A DNA stretch of 64,000 bases. It comes from Chrysomallon squamiferum. Taxonomy: Eukaryota > Animalia > Mollusca. Location of the stretch: contig CM022673.1 of NCBI GenBank assembly GCA_012295275.1, positions 22,816,001-22,880,000 on the forward strand, in the 5' to 3' direction. A model generated the notes under the pieces. That model was not told the origin of the DNA. It searched no databases and was given only the letters and a program-made list of their open reading frames with translations. This document shows, piece after piece, positions 1 to 14,771 of this stretch (the stretch's first letter is position 1; each line of letters opens with the position of its first letter). The translations under genes and the position numbers were made by a program.

Positions 1-371
1 GCTACTACTACTACTACTACTACCACCATCACTATAACCAGTAATTTGACTACAACCAGTTTTTTTAATCACCATGAGTCTCACATGATACTATCAGCTA
101 AAACATGACCAAGATCAGTTCTACAACATTACTACAACAAGTAGTATTATTATTACAAGTACTAATGCTGTAACAACTAGATTACTACAACAATGGCAGT
201 GACTAATACTACTGTTACAACAACAACCTCTATAGATGTTCCTGTTCTGACACATTCTTTGATGACATTTCTACCCTGTGGTGAGCTCACAGAATTAGCT
301 GTTCTTGTGTACAGAGCAGTTTCTGAAAAACAAGTCTTTTATTTATTTACCTTTGTAGTTATATATATGTC

Positions 372-474
<103 letters not shown>

Positions 475-589
475 AAAAAAGGAAACCAGACCAAATATTA
501 TATTGAATTATGTTGGTTAACTAGTTATTAAAAGTCATATATTTTAAAATTACCACCTGATTCATTATTTTATTTCCAAAAATTGTGCT

Positions 590-2327
590 ATTACACCAAC
601 CATGAAAACTGAGAGACTGCGGGCAACATATAGACCGCAGCTACAGTACATCCATTTCCAGTGTATTTTAGTGTGTCTGTCATCACGTGAAGGCTGGCAG
701 TTCCAGTCTGGTAACAGAATATTTGGCTACAACGAGAGCTAGCTTTGTCACTTAGCTTGTTGGTGGAGGTTGTGTGGTGGTTGTGTGGAGGTTGTTCTCT
801 CAGTGATATGGTAGCCAATGATATGGTAGCCATCTGCCTCTATGTTTATTTGTGGAAAATATGATACAGGCTTCAAACAAAGTTTGCAAACCAGACCAAA
901 AGGGGTACCTCAATACATGGCTGAGTTGTGGGTATCTAGCATCTATGCATCTCTACAGACTCACTCTGAAACAAACTGCCCATTTGTCAGATGCTGCTCA
1001 GAATTCAACTCCAGTAGTCACAGATGTTATTGACACAATATAATCAACTGTAGAAGAACTCAACACACTTGCTGCTGATGATAGTGATCTGCCATTTCCA
1101 GTTACTCTCAGTAAAGATGATCACGAGGCAACCATTACAGCAGAGACTACCAACCTTACAGTAAGTGTAAGATTCAAACAAGACAATCAGTTGAGTAATA
1201 AGCAAAAGTAACAAGCTGAAAAATAAAACAAAAGTTCGTTTTGAACCATGTTCACCAGGGATGTATAATAATGAAACTGATCTCAGCAATTTCAAATGAA
1301 TGCATTCTTTCAATCACCCTATCTTCAAGACAATGAATATAGCTGATTACACTCAGTGGAATATATGGCTTGGAACAAATTAAACTGTTATCTAAACATT
1401 TTGCTGAAAGCCTAGCTTACCACAACTTTGCCCTAGATATGGCTGTTGCTGAATGGAAGAATTTAAAGAAACTTGTGGCAAACAAATTAATTCACTTCCA
1501 AAGTAAACAAGGCAAATATTCATCATCACTCTGAATAACCACACATTCTTCTTATCATTGAAATCATCTTGGCGGTTGCACTTGCTAGTGCAAGTTTTGA
1601 CAGGGGCATAAGCACTCTCAATCAGATGTTGACAAATACCAGGTTGAACATGTCCAATTCTACACTGGATGATTTGCTGGTGATTAGAATTAACCTGCCT
1701 GCACTTATAAGCTGTGACCCATCATATGAACAAAAACTTACAGACATAGCTGTTTCCCTGAATGCAGAAGATAAAAAAACAAAGAAAAAGACCAACCTGA
1801 TTGTAGACTCATTGTCAGACTCACAAGAGACATACTTACCTGTGCCCTCTTCATATGTGATAAAAATAACCTGCAATAACCTGTAATGTGTGTAGAGGAC
1901 TTTCTTGCTCCTACAACATCAGTTTCAGAGGACTTGGATGATGCTCAAAGTGAAACAATTGATACTTCAGTCACTCACAGTGCTACTGAAACAAGTTCAT
2001 CATTCAGATTCTCATATCACTATTGTTTGATGAGTTAAGTAAAATAATAAAAACAACACAGATTGTCATGATTTGTTTTATTGTATTGTTTAGTTATTAA
2101 ATGCTGTACACTGTACCTATATACAAAGTTTTAATAAACGAGAACAGTGGTATGCATAAATAACAAATATATTATACTGTTAACCATGCATATCTGTAAG
2201 GGATTTCACAACAATAATAATGGGAATCGTAAACTTAATAAATCTGTGGTAACCTATAGGTTACCAGGTCCTGTTTTGTGGTAACCTCTAAATGGGTTAC
2301 CAGACACAATCCTTATTTTGATGCTTG
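590..2327 (+). mobile_element. Decayed hAT DNA transposon (ZNF862-like transposase relic) with putative right end
   Basis: Frameshifted translations give KGYLNTWLSCGYLASMHLY...LSDAAQ and YGLEQIKLLSKHF...AVAEWKNLKKLV...IIEIILAVALASASFDRGISTLNQMLTNTRLNMSNSTLDDLLVIRINLP. The latter matches the hAT C-terminal dimerisation motif (S-A-x-x-E/D-R-G-F-S...R...L-x-D-L-L-x-I). Subterminal GGTAACC/GGTTACC palindromes lie at 2247-2302 and a TIR-like end CTTATTTTGATGCTTG at about 2312-2327. Boundaries approximate. Confidence 0.75.
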
Positions 2328-2593
2328 CAGACACATACTACACAAACACAGAATTGACAGAACTCAGACCTTGTACATTCATAGGTTTATACTGTATGAG
2401 TTGAACATGTTGTAATACATATGGGTTTGATGAAACAAATAATGTCAGCCAGATACATTATCTATAAATACAGAGGTAAATAGTTTTGGATGTCATAGTA
2501 TGAGTCATGTTATCTGCATAAGACACCTACTTCAAAAAAGATTCATTTTAGTAATGTTTTGTGCATGGAGATTGTACTGTGATTATGGTTACT

Positions 2594-2641
<48 letters not shown>

Positions 2642-2980
2642 AATATTTATTATAACAAATAATTTTATTAATATTTTACTGTGTCTGCATATGAAATAAC
2701 CTGGTCATATTTTTCTTAAATTTGTATTCATCTTTATTAGTTTTTAATGTTAACATAGAGTTTATACAGTTATTTAGCTTTAATAATATGAAAGCATTTA
2801 AGGCCACACCTATTCTAACCTTTAAAATGGATAAAAAAAAAAAAAAAATAAATATGTTTAATAATGTATAGAGCAAGTCAGCAATTTAACATAAATCTTT
2901 AAAAATACTAAATCATAAATAACCTGACAGAAAACAACCTATCAAAGAAATTTGTATATTTTTTTAATTGTTTTATTAGT

Positions 2981-3015
<35 letters not shown>

Positions 3016-3070
3016 ATAATAATAATAATAGTTTTATTAGTCTATTTCAAAAAATAAATAAATAATAAAA

Positions 3071-3121
<51 letters not shown>

Positions 3122-3654
3122 TCATAATAATCATCATCATCATCATAATCATCATCATCATCATCATAATAATAATAATACAAATTTTAAATTCTCAGTG
3201 AGTTGTTGTGTGTTGTTTTCTTTTAAAATAAATTTAATTACTGGCTACCCAAAATTTTCCCCTGATAGGCTGATACATAGTAGTAATTGGTAAAACAAAA
3301 TTAAAGACTAAACATGATTTCTTTTTTATATGACGTTTATGCTTTTCACGTTAGTACAACCACTGGTGAATTTTATTAATAATCGAGAGTCGTTATTTGA
3401 AAAAAAAAGAAGAAATAAAATAAACAAATAAATAAATAAATAAATTATTATTGTTATCGAATCAGATGGCTGCCATTAAGTGGCTATGATTTTTAAATTA
3501 TAATTAAATAAAACCAAAATAATCCAAACACATTAACAACAATAATAATAAATAGTAATACCTGTCTCCTGAAATATTTTAAGCAACTTCTTTGTTGGAT
3601 GATAATGCGATTACACCAGTTCTGAATAAGATTCTTCAAATGTCAAAAAACAAA

Positions 3655-4046
3655 AGTAAATCCGAAAAGACCGGCAATCATCCCGCATTTTTCCGAAATT
3701 AATACAGTGAAAAAACAAATAAAATAAAATAAAATAAATAAAGGAACATGATAGCCTTTATTACATATACGTACTAATTATAAATTGATATGGTTCTTTT
3801 TTTTAATTTATTTTAATTTTTTATTATTGTTAGATTTTTTTGATTTTTTATTATTATTATTTTTTTTTTACTCTTATTATTAGCCAATTGTAAATCCGTA
3901 AACACCGCAAATATCCCGCATTTTTCTGCAAGTACTATAAAACAAAAACAAAAATACAAAAGTACAAAACAAATAAAATAAATACAGGAACATAATAACC
4001 TTTATTAACAAATACGTACTAATTATAAATCGATATGGTTCTTTTT
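3655..4046. repeat. Diverged local tandem duplication (~150 bp, offset ~235 bp)
   Basis: GTAAATCCG..TCCCGCATTTTT..GGAACAT..CCTTTATTA..TACGTACTAATTATAAAT.GATATGGTTCTTTTT occurs at about 3657-3800 and 3891-4046. Confidence 0.8.
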
Positions 4047-4868
4047 ACAAATAAACGGTATTGTTATTTTTTTCACCCTATATTTCTTTCTTCTTCTTAA
4101 TTTATGTTAATGCACCACATAAAATCACAAAGCTTAGAACTCACACTACAATAAGTTGCTAATTATTGTCCAGGAATTTACCAAGGCTTGATATAAGTCT
4201 GAAAAAAATAAAAATAAAAATAAACATTTACAACTATGACAACTCAGAGAGATTGGAAATAAATAATCATTTTCCTTTGTTTTATCTGCATTTCATTTTA
4301 AGCTGTGTAGTCTGTGTAAGATATCACATATATGAAAACTGTATGCGTTAAAACAACAAATAATTTCATCAAACAATTCATAATGGCACAAAATCTTAAA
4401 TTTATATCTCTTAAAACACAAATGTCTGAATGCATGCATGCGTGTGTGAGTGTGTGTGCGCGATCAATGTTTGAACCTATTCTATCGTCTGTTATCAATA
4501 ACAAAGTAGAAACTAATCAAATGATGGGTATATTCACCGTTTAAAGTGAAATTTCAGTTGTACTGTGGTAACATTTCTTTTGATTATTAATATTAGTGTG
4601 TGTGTGTGTGTGCGTGTGTGTGTGTGTGTTTAAAACTTTATTAAGGAGTGATTAATGTGAAAAGTGAAACAATGTAATGAAATAATGAGTCAAGAAAAAT
4701 ACATTTATGTTGTTAGGATATTAAATGTCTAAGTACATGAAGATTAACAATGATAAAACATTTTATTACAGTATATGACTATTGTGTTAGCGTCTGTTAA
4801 GATAAAAAAAACCTTCAAAACAAGGACAAATAAATAAATAATAATAACAACAATAAAATAATAAAAAC

Positions 4869-4916
<48 letters not shown>

Positions 4917-5769
4917 TACCTAAACTAACATTTATTTTTATAAATACAACAGGAAAGTAAAAAAGATATGTACTTAAGTTAGAAAAAAGAGAGTTCCGTG
5001 TGACTGACTCAGGGTTGGATTTAATGTGTTTGCCACCCAGGGGTTAAAGAAATTTTTACCGCCCCCTCCTCAAGGCTCAAGTTCCTCTCAGCCTTCCCAC
5101 TTAGTTTATATAGTATGAATAGTTAAAACTTATGATCTAGTTGAAAGCAAAAACATGGTTTTACATAATGATTTATTTATAAACTAATGTGAAAATATGA
5201 ATTTATTGCGCTTTTCAGCCATTGATCTCAATGTAAAAATGACGAAACTGTTTTCAACTAAAGATTTCCAGTGACGTAGAAAGATCGGCGGGAAATATAA
5301 ATATGTCGACTAGACATGCGACGGACACACCCGCTGACCTGTCAGAAAGTGTGCCCGTCGTAGACGTGCTTCACAACAGCTAGCTCTGATTAGCACGTTA
5401 ATTTTTTTCATTCATTCATTCATATCTCAGATTCTATCTTGAGAAAAGATCAAACCGAGCGTTAGGCCTATAATTCCCACAAATATTTGTAACTACCGTC
5501 AATGTTTTCACACACACACACTCACGCACAATCATACACGGAGTCGGTTTTAAGCCAATATATATGATGATCATAATCAGTTTAATGTGAAAAAGTACTA
5601 CAACAATTCTTCTAGTACTTCACATAGTATATTATTTGTTTTAAGAGACAACTCTAGGTGTTATTTAAGAAGCTTTCCAAGACAACTTAGAAATGTAATA
5701 TCTGTAATTATCAGCATAATTTTTAATCAACCTTAGAAAAAGAATGGGAAAAAATATAGGCAAAAATGG

Positions 5770-5835
<66 letters not shown>

Positions 5836-5841
5836 ATATAT

Positions 5842-5877
<36 letters not shown>

Positions 5878-6634
5878 ATGTACGAGATTGTTTTTGTGTA
5901 TTTAGAATTAGAAAACGCATTGGCTTAGGAATTTAATTTAATTTTTAAAAATAATCAGTTTCTAATTTCATTTGAATTTATTTAATCTGTATAACAGAGC
6001 TTTAAATCCAATTCGCTAGTTCTACGCTGTTTTTTACTAAACATTTATTCATCTATATAAAACATTTTAAAACTGTATACAGAAGCATTCGGGATTGTAC
6101 AGAAATACACATCTACAACACAACATTTATAAATATATTTAAAACATTTCAAAAACCGTTTACATAGTATTCTTTTTAAGTGGTGGATGCAACCAGAAAT
6201 CCTGCGCACATGCTCAAGCTTAGCCAATAGGATTACAGATGTGTTAATAAGTCAGTTTGCCGAGTCCACGTTGAACCATAAGAAACATTGAGTGTTCTTG
6301 ATTTATATATGATGATGCAATTATTATAATTATCTAAAGAATACTTTTTTTAATTCTGGAGTGAAATCTAACAATCTTATCACCAAAAAATATGTTTTTT
6401 TTTTTATATTTCTGTGTTTATTTTTTGTTTTTAACCCTCTCGTTTTCTCGAATTTAATTCACATATAGATAGATAGATAGATCTACATCTCTCTTACTCT
6501 CTCTCGGAGTCTCTTTCTGCCTTTTATAATTAGTTCTGTAATTTTAGCTTTACATATATTTATATTCTTGAGAGTGAGTCAGTCTGTGTGTGTATCACCA
6601 ACAGTGATAAATGCTACTACTCAGATAATAGTGC

Positions 6635-6671
<37 letters not shown>

Positions 6672-8426
6672 TATATCAGCAATAGTGATAATTGCTACTC
6701 AGGTAATGTGTGTTCATGTGTTTGTGTATGTCTGTAGCTTCTCGTAATACTATATGCAGCTAGATGAACAAGATTAATATTAGATTTGAACATGGTTCCA
6801 TAGTGTAAACAAAAATATTTAGCTATACACACACATATAGTGATTGTTACATGCAACTGTAGGAAATCACAGAGAAAACGAACTAAAAAAATCTGAATGG
6901 ACTGAAGATACAAACATACAAACAAACAAACACTGATTATCTTAAAATGAGAAAACAAATTAAATCTTTTGCTGCTGTTATGGAAAGCAGCTTTTCCAGT
7001 TAATGTTAAACTTGGAGGCCATGACAGAGAAAGAAACACGAAAAAAAGGAAAAAAAACAACATAAAACGCAATCATCAATGACAGACTATTTATCCTCTG
7101 ACAACTGATAGACCATCAACATTTGTAATAAAACAATATTCTAGTTTTATGTTATTTTAATCTTTAGAAATCGGCACTCTGCCTAAAACGGTATATCACG
7201 TTGATCTAAATTTAAAAACCGTTTGACTTCCACTCGTTTTATGTGAAGCACTGGTATATCAAAATAACACACGGCTTTCTGATAAATTATTTTTGTTTTC
7301 AAACTAATTCTGTAACTAGGTCACAGGACAGAACTCAGACTGTTCATCTCACAATAATTATGAGTTTTGCTTGTGTTTATTACATAGTCACCATACTTTT
7401 CTTTAAGATGAAGCAGATTTTCATGTTAATCATCGCCGTGTTTTTTTTTTTTTTTCTCAGGTCGTTGGAACATGGGAATACCTCAAAGATGATAAGAAAT
7501 GTCTGTACAGGTAAATACAAAAATACATTTAATACAATGATATTGTTATATTGTTTAATGTTCTATAATATTCACCAACCCATAGAGAGGATAGTAGTAT
7601 ATACAACGGTTTTCGCTATACTAACAGGGCAGCTGAAACAAAAATGGTGCCACCAAAAAGGATACATCATTTTATTTTATTAAAATATTTATTCAGTTAA
7701 ATAAACAATTTTTACATATTTAACCATATTTATTTATTTTCAGCTTTTTAATTAAACTATGACAGCTTTTGAAGAACTTTTCTGTAGTCTGTTGAAGAAA
7801 AGTTCGAAGATTTGTGTTCTTATATTTTTTTCCCTGCATTCTGTTAAGTTTTTAGGGTCGAAAGCTTCTTGTTAAGGAAACAGTCCCCATCATTTTGTCA
7901 TCTTCATATTTAGACCAGAGAAGCTTTTCTCTTGCTGAGTGGTTTAAACATGAATATTAATCAGTAATCAGTATAATAATAATAAATAAACGTGTCTTGA
8001 GTGAAATCTTTCACAATAATCAGTACTTTTGTGGGAGGTTATAATTTATTTTCCTCTGACAAATCCTTAAAAATTCCCTTATCACTTTGTACACTAGTTT
8101 ATTTGGTCTAATAGTGTCGAGTTAATGATAAATTTGATAAATATCATAAACGTATCAACTACTAAAATTCTGTGCTTGAAACTCTTCTTTCCGTTTCTAG
8201 TTTTTATCAGACTGCTGAACACGGTGCTTTTAAATTATATTAGCCATTTCTAAGTCTGATTTCTTTAAACGACCAAATTAATTCTGTCATAACTTAACAT
8301 TTGTTTTGGAATTTCATGTATTTTGTTTTCAGGGTTGAACTTTACTTAAGTATAATTTCAGAATGTTAATGATACAGAAGAAAATCAACTGTCTGCAAAA
8401 CAGTTTGAGTGATTGTGAAGCAAAAT

Positions 8427-8549
<123 letters not shown>

Positions 8550-9744
8550 AGATTTCTCTCTGTTGTGACAATAGATCTTCACTTCATTGGATGGAGTCGA
8601 TTCAAAAGAGTGTCAAATTTCAGGAACCATAATCATTATTATGAAATCATACTTCCCATCTGGACTTTTATAGATAAATAAATCTAGTAGGAAGCTTTTT
8701 AATTATTCACAAAATCTATACATTTTAAAAAGTGTTTCAGCTTAATCTCCGTAATACTTTAGTAGATAGATCATTCATACACATAATACTTCTGTCTTGT
8801 ATAAAATATACAAGTTTAGCAATGAAAAATAATAAATCACATTTAATACACATCTTAACACTATTGCTACAACTAACACTATTACTACTAGTACTACTTC
8901 TGCAACAACTAATGCTACTGATACTATTACTATTACCGCTAGCGCTATTACTCCTACTGCTACCTCTACAACTACTATTAGTACTAGTACTACTGCTACT
9001 ACCATTATTATTATTAGTAGTAGTATTAGTATTTGTATTAATAATAGTAGTAGTATTAATTTAAAGGAACTGATATTATATAGTAGTTAATTTCAAAGTT
9101 ATATATGTGTGTGTGTTTTCATTACCATGTGAATACATGTAAAGCAACAGAAAGCGGCTATAGATTCTTGATGTCAGAACATTTCCTTGCAGAACAAATC
9201 ATGCACTACATGAAATAGCGACTAGTGCAATAGACACGTATGAAGAGGTATTGAGTAGTTATTGATGAAATGTAAAACTTCACCAACAAGGACGTCATGG
9301 GAATAGTTATAATCATAACTCAAGATTAGTTATCAGAAGAAGTGGTACATGTATAGGCAAAACAAAAACAACAATTTCACCACTGACTCGAGAATTTAAA
9401 GCAAAACTAAAACATTATTATAATTTGTTACATCAATAATATTCTTGGAGTTATTATTTCTAAGGAAATTAAATCTATCAAATCCGAAAGTTATCAAGTT
9501 TATATTTATTATCTCCCTTATGCTCGCAGTTGCTCGACAGGGCCTGACATGCGAATCATCTTAAGAGATTTTTACTGCTACTGATGCTGCTGCTACAATC
9601 ACTACCGCTACGAATACTACCACTACGACTCCTACTACTACTGCTATCATTATTATAACTAATAGTAGTACTACTGATCTTAGTAGTACAACTACTACCA
9701 CTACAAATACTACTATTCATATTACTACTAGTACTATTACTACA

Positions 9745-9793
<49 letters not shown>

Positions 9794-9941
9794 GAAGAAG
9801 AAGAATCATAGCAATAATAAAGATGGCGATGAAGCTAATATATACATAAATAAATAATCATAGATTTATTCAGTAACGATAAACATGTACTTTATAAAAT
9901 CATAATAAAACGATTTCTTCTAATAATAAAAACATTAAAGA

Positions 9942-9992
<51 letters not shown>

Positions 9993-11149
9993 TATTATTA
10001 TTATTTCTTTAATTCATTTATTGCAGATATAATGTTTATTTTAACCTGTTTCGACTAAATACGATTCTGTATTCCAGAAAGTGATGGCCTTTTTTAAATA
10101 TTAAATTATGTATTTCTGTTTCTGCTTAAGCCTTCGTGAAATACAGAAGATCACCATGTGTAAATAAGTAAACAAAAGCTGCAACCCGAATACTACAAAT
10201 GTTGTTGCTTGTGTACAAAGATCACTATTTTTTATTGTCTGCATGGAAAAATTAGGTATGAACAAATGGCAATGTACAAACATAGACTTCCCTGGAAATA
10301 TGTTTGAAATACTGAAGCAAAAATATCGGAAATGATTACTATAAACACCATTTTTTTCTTGGCACTAATCGAAATCTTTTATTGACAACATCTGAAAAGT
10401 ATATTAGTTGATTTTTAAAATGTTTTTATCGTTTAGAATTTTTCAGAACTATTTTGTGTGCAATTAGACCAGTACAAAATGCATGCACTGTGTTTACCTG
10501 TGAAATTACACATCCCAGGAATGACTACATAGATCACATCAGGAAAAAACCGATAAATAATTTATGATACATCCTTAATGATTTTTTATAATTAACTTCA
10601 GCAATAACAATTACAATAATATAAAAAAATAATAATAAATAATTTCCACCAACAGCGTTTATTATTATCTTCATTAATGACACATTTTTATTTTTACTGG
10701 ATGGATACAGTTTATCTCATTTAAAATCTTAATATTTCATTTAAGAAAAAGTTTAAGATAAAAATATCAATATTATAATCTTTATTATACCGAGTTCCAA
10801 ATATTTGATTTCCAGTGCATATTTTTAATAAGGAACAAACAATATCTCTTAGATATTATATCACTTTATATAGATAGCTAGAAATATAGAGAGACAGAAG
10901 ACATACAGCTAGACAGAGAGACAGACAAAGAGACCGATAGATAGGTACAGCTATAGATAAAGAAATAAACTCAGTCACAGAGACACAATACTCAAAGATT
11001 TTAGAATGTTTAAAATACCATTATTTTAATAGCTTAGCCCTGGTAACTAGTAGTAATTAGAGCTAAACTATATCTGTATTAAGAAAGTAGTGTATCTTTT
11101 GGAAATTCTGATTATTTGGTATAATTTATTTTTGCAAATGGACACGAGT

Positions 11150-12410
11150 CCTTATTTTTGTTTGACGCCTTTTTCCGCAGGTAGTTTGATGTGCTGCTGG
11201 GTATTTCCGGCTGCCCATGGCCAGGAGGATGGGATCACTCCAGGAATCCATTTAGACTGTCCATGGTAATTTCGAATTTCAACAGAATGCACTTCTTCAA
11301 AATCTCTAAACCGATTTTGGATTCGTGAAGACACATTTTCTTCAACTCCCTCTACTTCCTTCAAGATGTTAGGTTTGTCTAACATCGACTATGTATTCAA
11401 TTCATGGCCCCTGAACAGTTTCGCTGATATTTCATTGGTTGTTGGCTGTGGAGACCTATTTGATCTAGAAGCAAGGAATGCTTGTTTCAAAGATTGAACA
11501 AATCTGTCTGAAAGGCCATTTGTTCTCGGATAATATGGTGCAGATTTTGTATGCCTGATATCATTGTAGCTCATAAACTGTTCAAATGGTTCTGAAGCAA
11601 ATTGTTGACCATTGTCTGATATTAAATGTTCTGGGAAGACATTTCTTGCAAATATATGTTCGAAGAACGTCAATCGTTTGTTAAGTGGTTGTCGACTTCA
11701 TTTGAATAACCTCAGATCATTTTGAAAAAGTATCTACTACCACCAAGAATATGGATCCTTCGACTGGACCTGCGAAATCTACATGCACGTTGCGGCCATT
11801 TCCAGGTCTGAACAGGTGATTCTGGTGGATAGGGCCACCAAACATAAATTCGAGCAATGTTTTCGTCTAAATGTCTTTCTTGTAATTCTTCCAAGAATTT
11901 TGCTGGAAGGCGCTGAGAAATGATAACTCGAATTCCCCATGTCAGACATCCTTGATGAACAGATAACTCGCTCGTCTGTTGTAGAAAGGTATCAGTTGCG
12001 CCTGGTATTGTATGGCGTAGACATGTTTATCAAATAAGGACTTCTGATTTTTTTATTACAGCCTGAAAGTCAAGGTATCACACTGGTAACTCCACCCGAA
12101 AGAGTTAACCCGGCAACAACAACACAAAACATGGTAGATCCGATAGCAGTGAACGAGCATCCCCTGAGCAAGGACAGTACACAGAAGCAGATACTGAACC
12201 ACATTACCCGTCCGGAAAACCGGAAGTTGTGATTTGGGTGGAAACTTTACTGACAGTATTGTGACACAAAAAAATGAACATGACTTTTGAGAACAAATAG
12301 CTTAAGGGAAAGGTATGTTATATCCGATTCAGGATGTCGCCTATTTCTGGAGATAGTTTGATGCGCTGCTGGGCTTTTCTGGCTGACTTCTTGTTATAGA
12401 CACAACATCC
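11150..12410 (-). mobile_element. Degenerate Ty3/Gypsy LTR retrotransposon (integrase relic plus probable LTR pieces)
   Basis: Minus-strand ORF 11389-11673 has the rve integrase core (IFARNVFPEHLISDNGQQFASEPFEQFM...HTKSAPYYPRTNGLSDRFVQSLK). Upstream fragments ELSVHQGCLTWGIRVII and ARIYVWWP belong to the integrase Zn-finger region. A ~50-bp direct repeat (11164-11213 vs 12336-12385) and a minus-strand AATAAA near 12052 fit LTR remnants (inference). Confidence 0.88.
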
Positions 12411-12437
12411 CTATAACTAAACAACCAAATTTATATA

Positions 12438-13150
12438 TACAGTTACCCATTTCACAAAATTTGTGGGCACATGATACTCAGAAACGTTGTTTTTGAAAAT
12501 ACAAATCACACAATGGATACTTAAACTTTTGCATCTCCGAAAAATTCGACTGTTTAGCAGAATACTAAAATACAAAAATTACATCATGTCACAACTTTGT
12601 GAAAGCCAAGGTCTTCACACCGTTGGTATGTTGCAAGCAGGAATGGCCCGCCCAGATATTGCACGTGTTGTAACAGTCTTGGCAAGACCTCTCACCAACT
12701 GAACATTTCTGTCATGAAATGGAACGACATTTAAATTGTAATCAGAATCAGCTGGAAACGCTTGCCCAGTTGGAACAAGTTTTGATGGAACTCAATCCCA
12801 CAAATCTTTTTTAACTGTCAGGATTTGTCTATGCGGTTCCATTTCAAGCCATTATCAACCCTAATCGTGGTCAAACACCATACTGACTCTATGAATTAAC
12901 GTTTTGTAACACCCCTTTTTTGAGCCATGGCATGGTCCCTAGCATTAACAGGCAATGATTTTGAGTTTATATTTTCAATAAATAAACATCACAAACTGCC
13001 AAACATCACTATGTTATTTTCTAAACATGCGAAATGTAGCATATTAGTATACCTAATACTATAGATGTTGAATAAAACAGTTAATCTATAAATACATTTG
13101 AAAAATATATTGATTCGTATGATTGCAGAATAGATTTTTTTTCTCATTCA
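12438..13150 (+). mobile_element. Internally deleted Tc1/mariner element
   Basis: Starts TACAGT after a TA run. MSQLCESQGLHTVGMLQAGMARPDIARV (12586) resembles the Tc1 HTH N-terminus (AIGMLQAG). LAQLEQVL...SMR...QAIINPNRGQTPY* (to about 12887) resembles the Tc1 C-terminus (GG.T.Y*). The catalytic middle is missing and the right end is uncertain. Confidence 0.7.
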
Positions 13151-14420
13151 GCGCTCCGCATTAAGTTACCAAACATAAATAGTTTTCAATGAAAGTGGAT
13201 AGTTTTGTTGATGTCCCTCTTGCGACGCCTGCTATTGTGAATGAATGTGAAATAAATTAACATTGAATAAAAAGATGAATAATATATATGTATGGATGGA
13301 TGTTTGTATGTGTTTATGTATATATAACAGAGAGAGAGAGGTAAACAGGCAGACAGAATTAATGCTATTGTATATAAAACATACATTATTGTTATTAATA
13401 CAATTGTTTTGTTTTTGTTTTTTTTTGTTTTTACTTTTTTAATTGTCATTTTTTTATTTTTATTTTGCTTGTTTTATTTTATTTATTTATTGTGTCTGTT
13501 ATGTATATGTGTCTGTGTTTATGTGTGTTTGGTCGTTACTTTGTCATATTTTGCGTCTATTATTTATTTATGTTTCTTTCTTTTAATTTTTATTTCTTTA
13601 TTCGTTATACATTTTGTTATTGTTATTATTATTATTATCGTTATTATTATTGTTATTATTATTATTATTAGTAGCAGTAGTAGTAGAAGAATTAGCAGTA
13701 GTAGTAGTAGTTTTGTTTGTTTTGTATTGTTTGTTTTTTGTTTGTTTTTAAAACATCAAGGTTTTTTTAAATATATTTTTAATTATGAATTTTCTTCTCT
13801 TACTTCTTAAGATAAAACAGTTTAAGATGTGTACTGTATAAATAATTCTAGAGAGATTTTTCTAATCTCTAGACACAATACACTGGTTTCTGTAAGTGAT
13901 TGGAAATAATACGGTAAATAAACTTTTTCTGGATCACACAGTTTATACCAGAGAAAAAACAGTAAATCCTTAACGAGACTTTCATTGTTTCGTTTTGTTC
14001 GCTAGTTTCCTGTTGATTTTGTTGTTGATTTACAATGAGACGAATATATTTTCTCATAGATTTGTATCCTCTTTCTGTTGCTTTAATTTAATTTAATTCA
14101 ATCTAATTTAATTCAGTTCAGTTCAGTTTATTTATTTATTTAATTTAAGAATTGTCCAAAAAAGATAAAGAGAAGAAAGAAAAAGGAAACAAATCGCGTA
14201 TTTCAATATATTACAACCGTAATTATTTTGCTGTATAACTACTTTGGGGAATGCAGGCTGGGAGCAATGGGGTCCAGTCTAAATATAAAAATGAAAGTGA
14301 GATGAGCCGAGTTCCGAAGTGTTTATTGCTGGACAGCCAAGTGTGTTGTAACTGGACACTGGTCTGTGCATTATTTTATAGCACTCGGCTCATATTGTTA
14401 CGTATTAATGTATTTAGGTA

Positions 14421-14666
14421 TTATCATAGTGGGGAAAAACGCCTCGCTTGGACATGCCATAAGCAGATTAAAATAAAATATATTTAACTGTAGCAACCAA
14501 AGTTATAAAGTCAAAGTCGTCAAGTTAAAATCCATCCAATCTAACAACAGACATATAATTAACTTGACGACTTTGGCATTATAACTTTGGTTGCTACAGT
14601 TAAATATATTTTATTTTAATCTGCTTATGGCATGTCCAAGCGAGGCGTTTTTCCCCACTATGATAA
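14421..14666. repeat. Long inverted repeat (foldback): 108-bp arms, 30-bp spacer, 2 mismatches
   Basis: 14421-14528 (TTATCATAGTGGGGAAAAACGCCTCG...GTCGTCAAGTTAA) is the reverse complement of 14559-14666. Confidence 0.96.
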
Positions 14667-14702
14667 ATAATAATTTACAAAAAAGTATACTTTCTTTATC
14701 AA

Positions 14703-14771
<69 letters not shown>

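Noticed and set aside
5028-5110. Possible MITE end CAGGGTTGGATTTA
   Set aside because: No matching second TIR or TSD could be found.
13409-13810. 133-aa hydrophobic ORF resembling a membrane protein
   Set aside because: T-rich low-complexity DNA; the frame is not conserved in the paralogous region 34400-34710.
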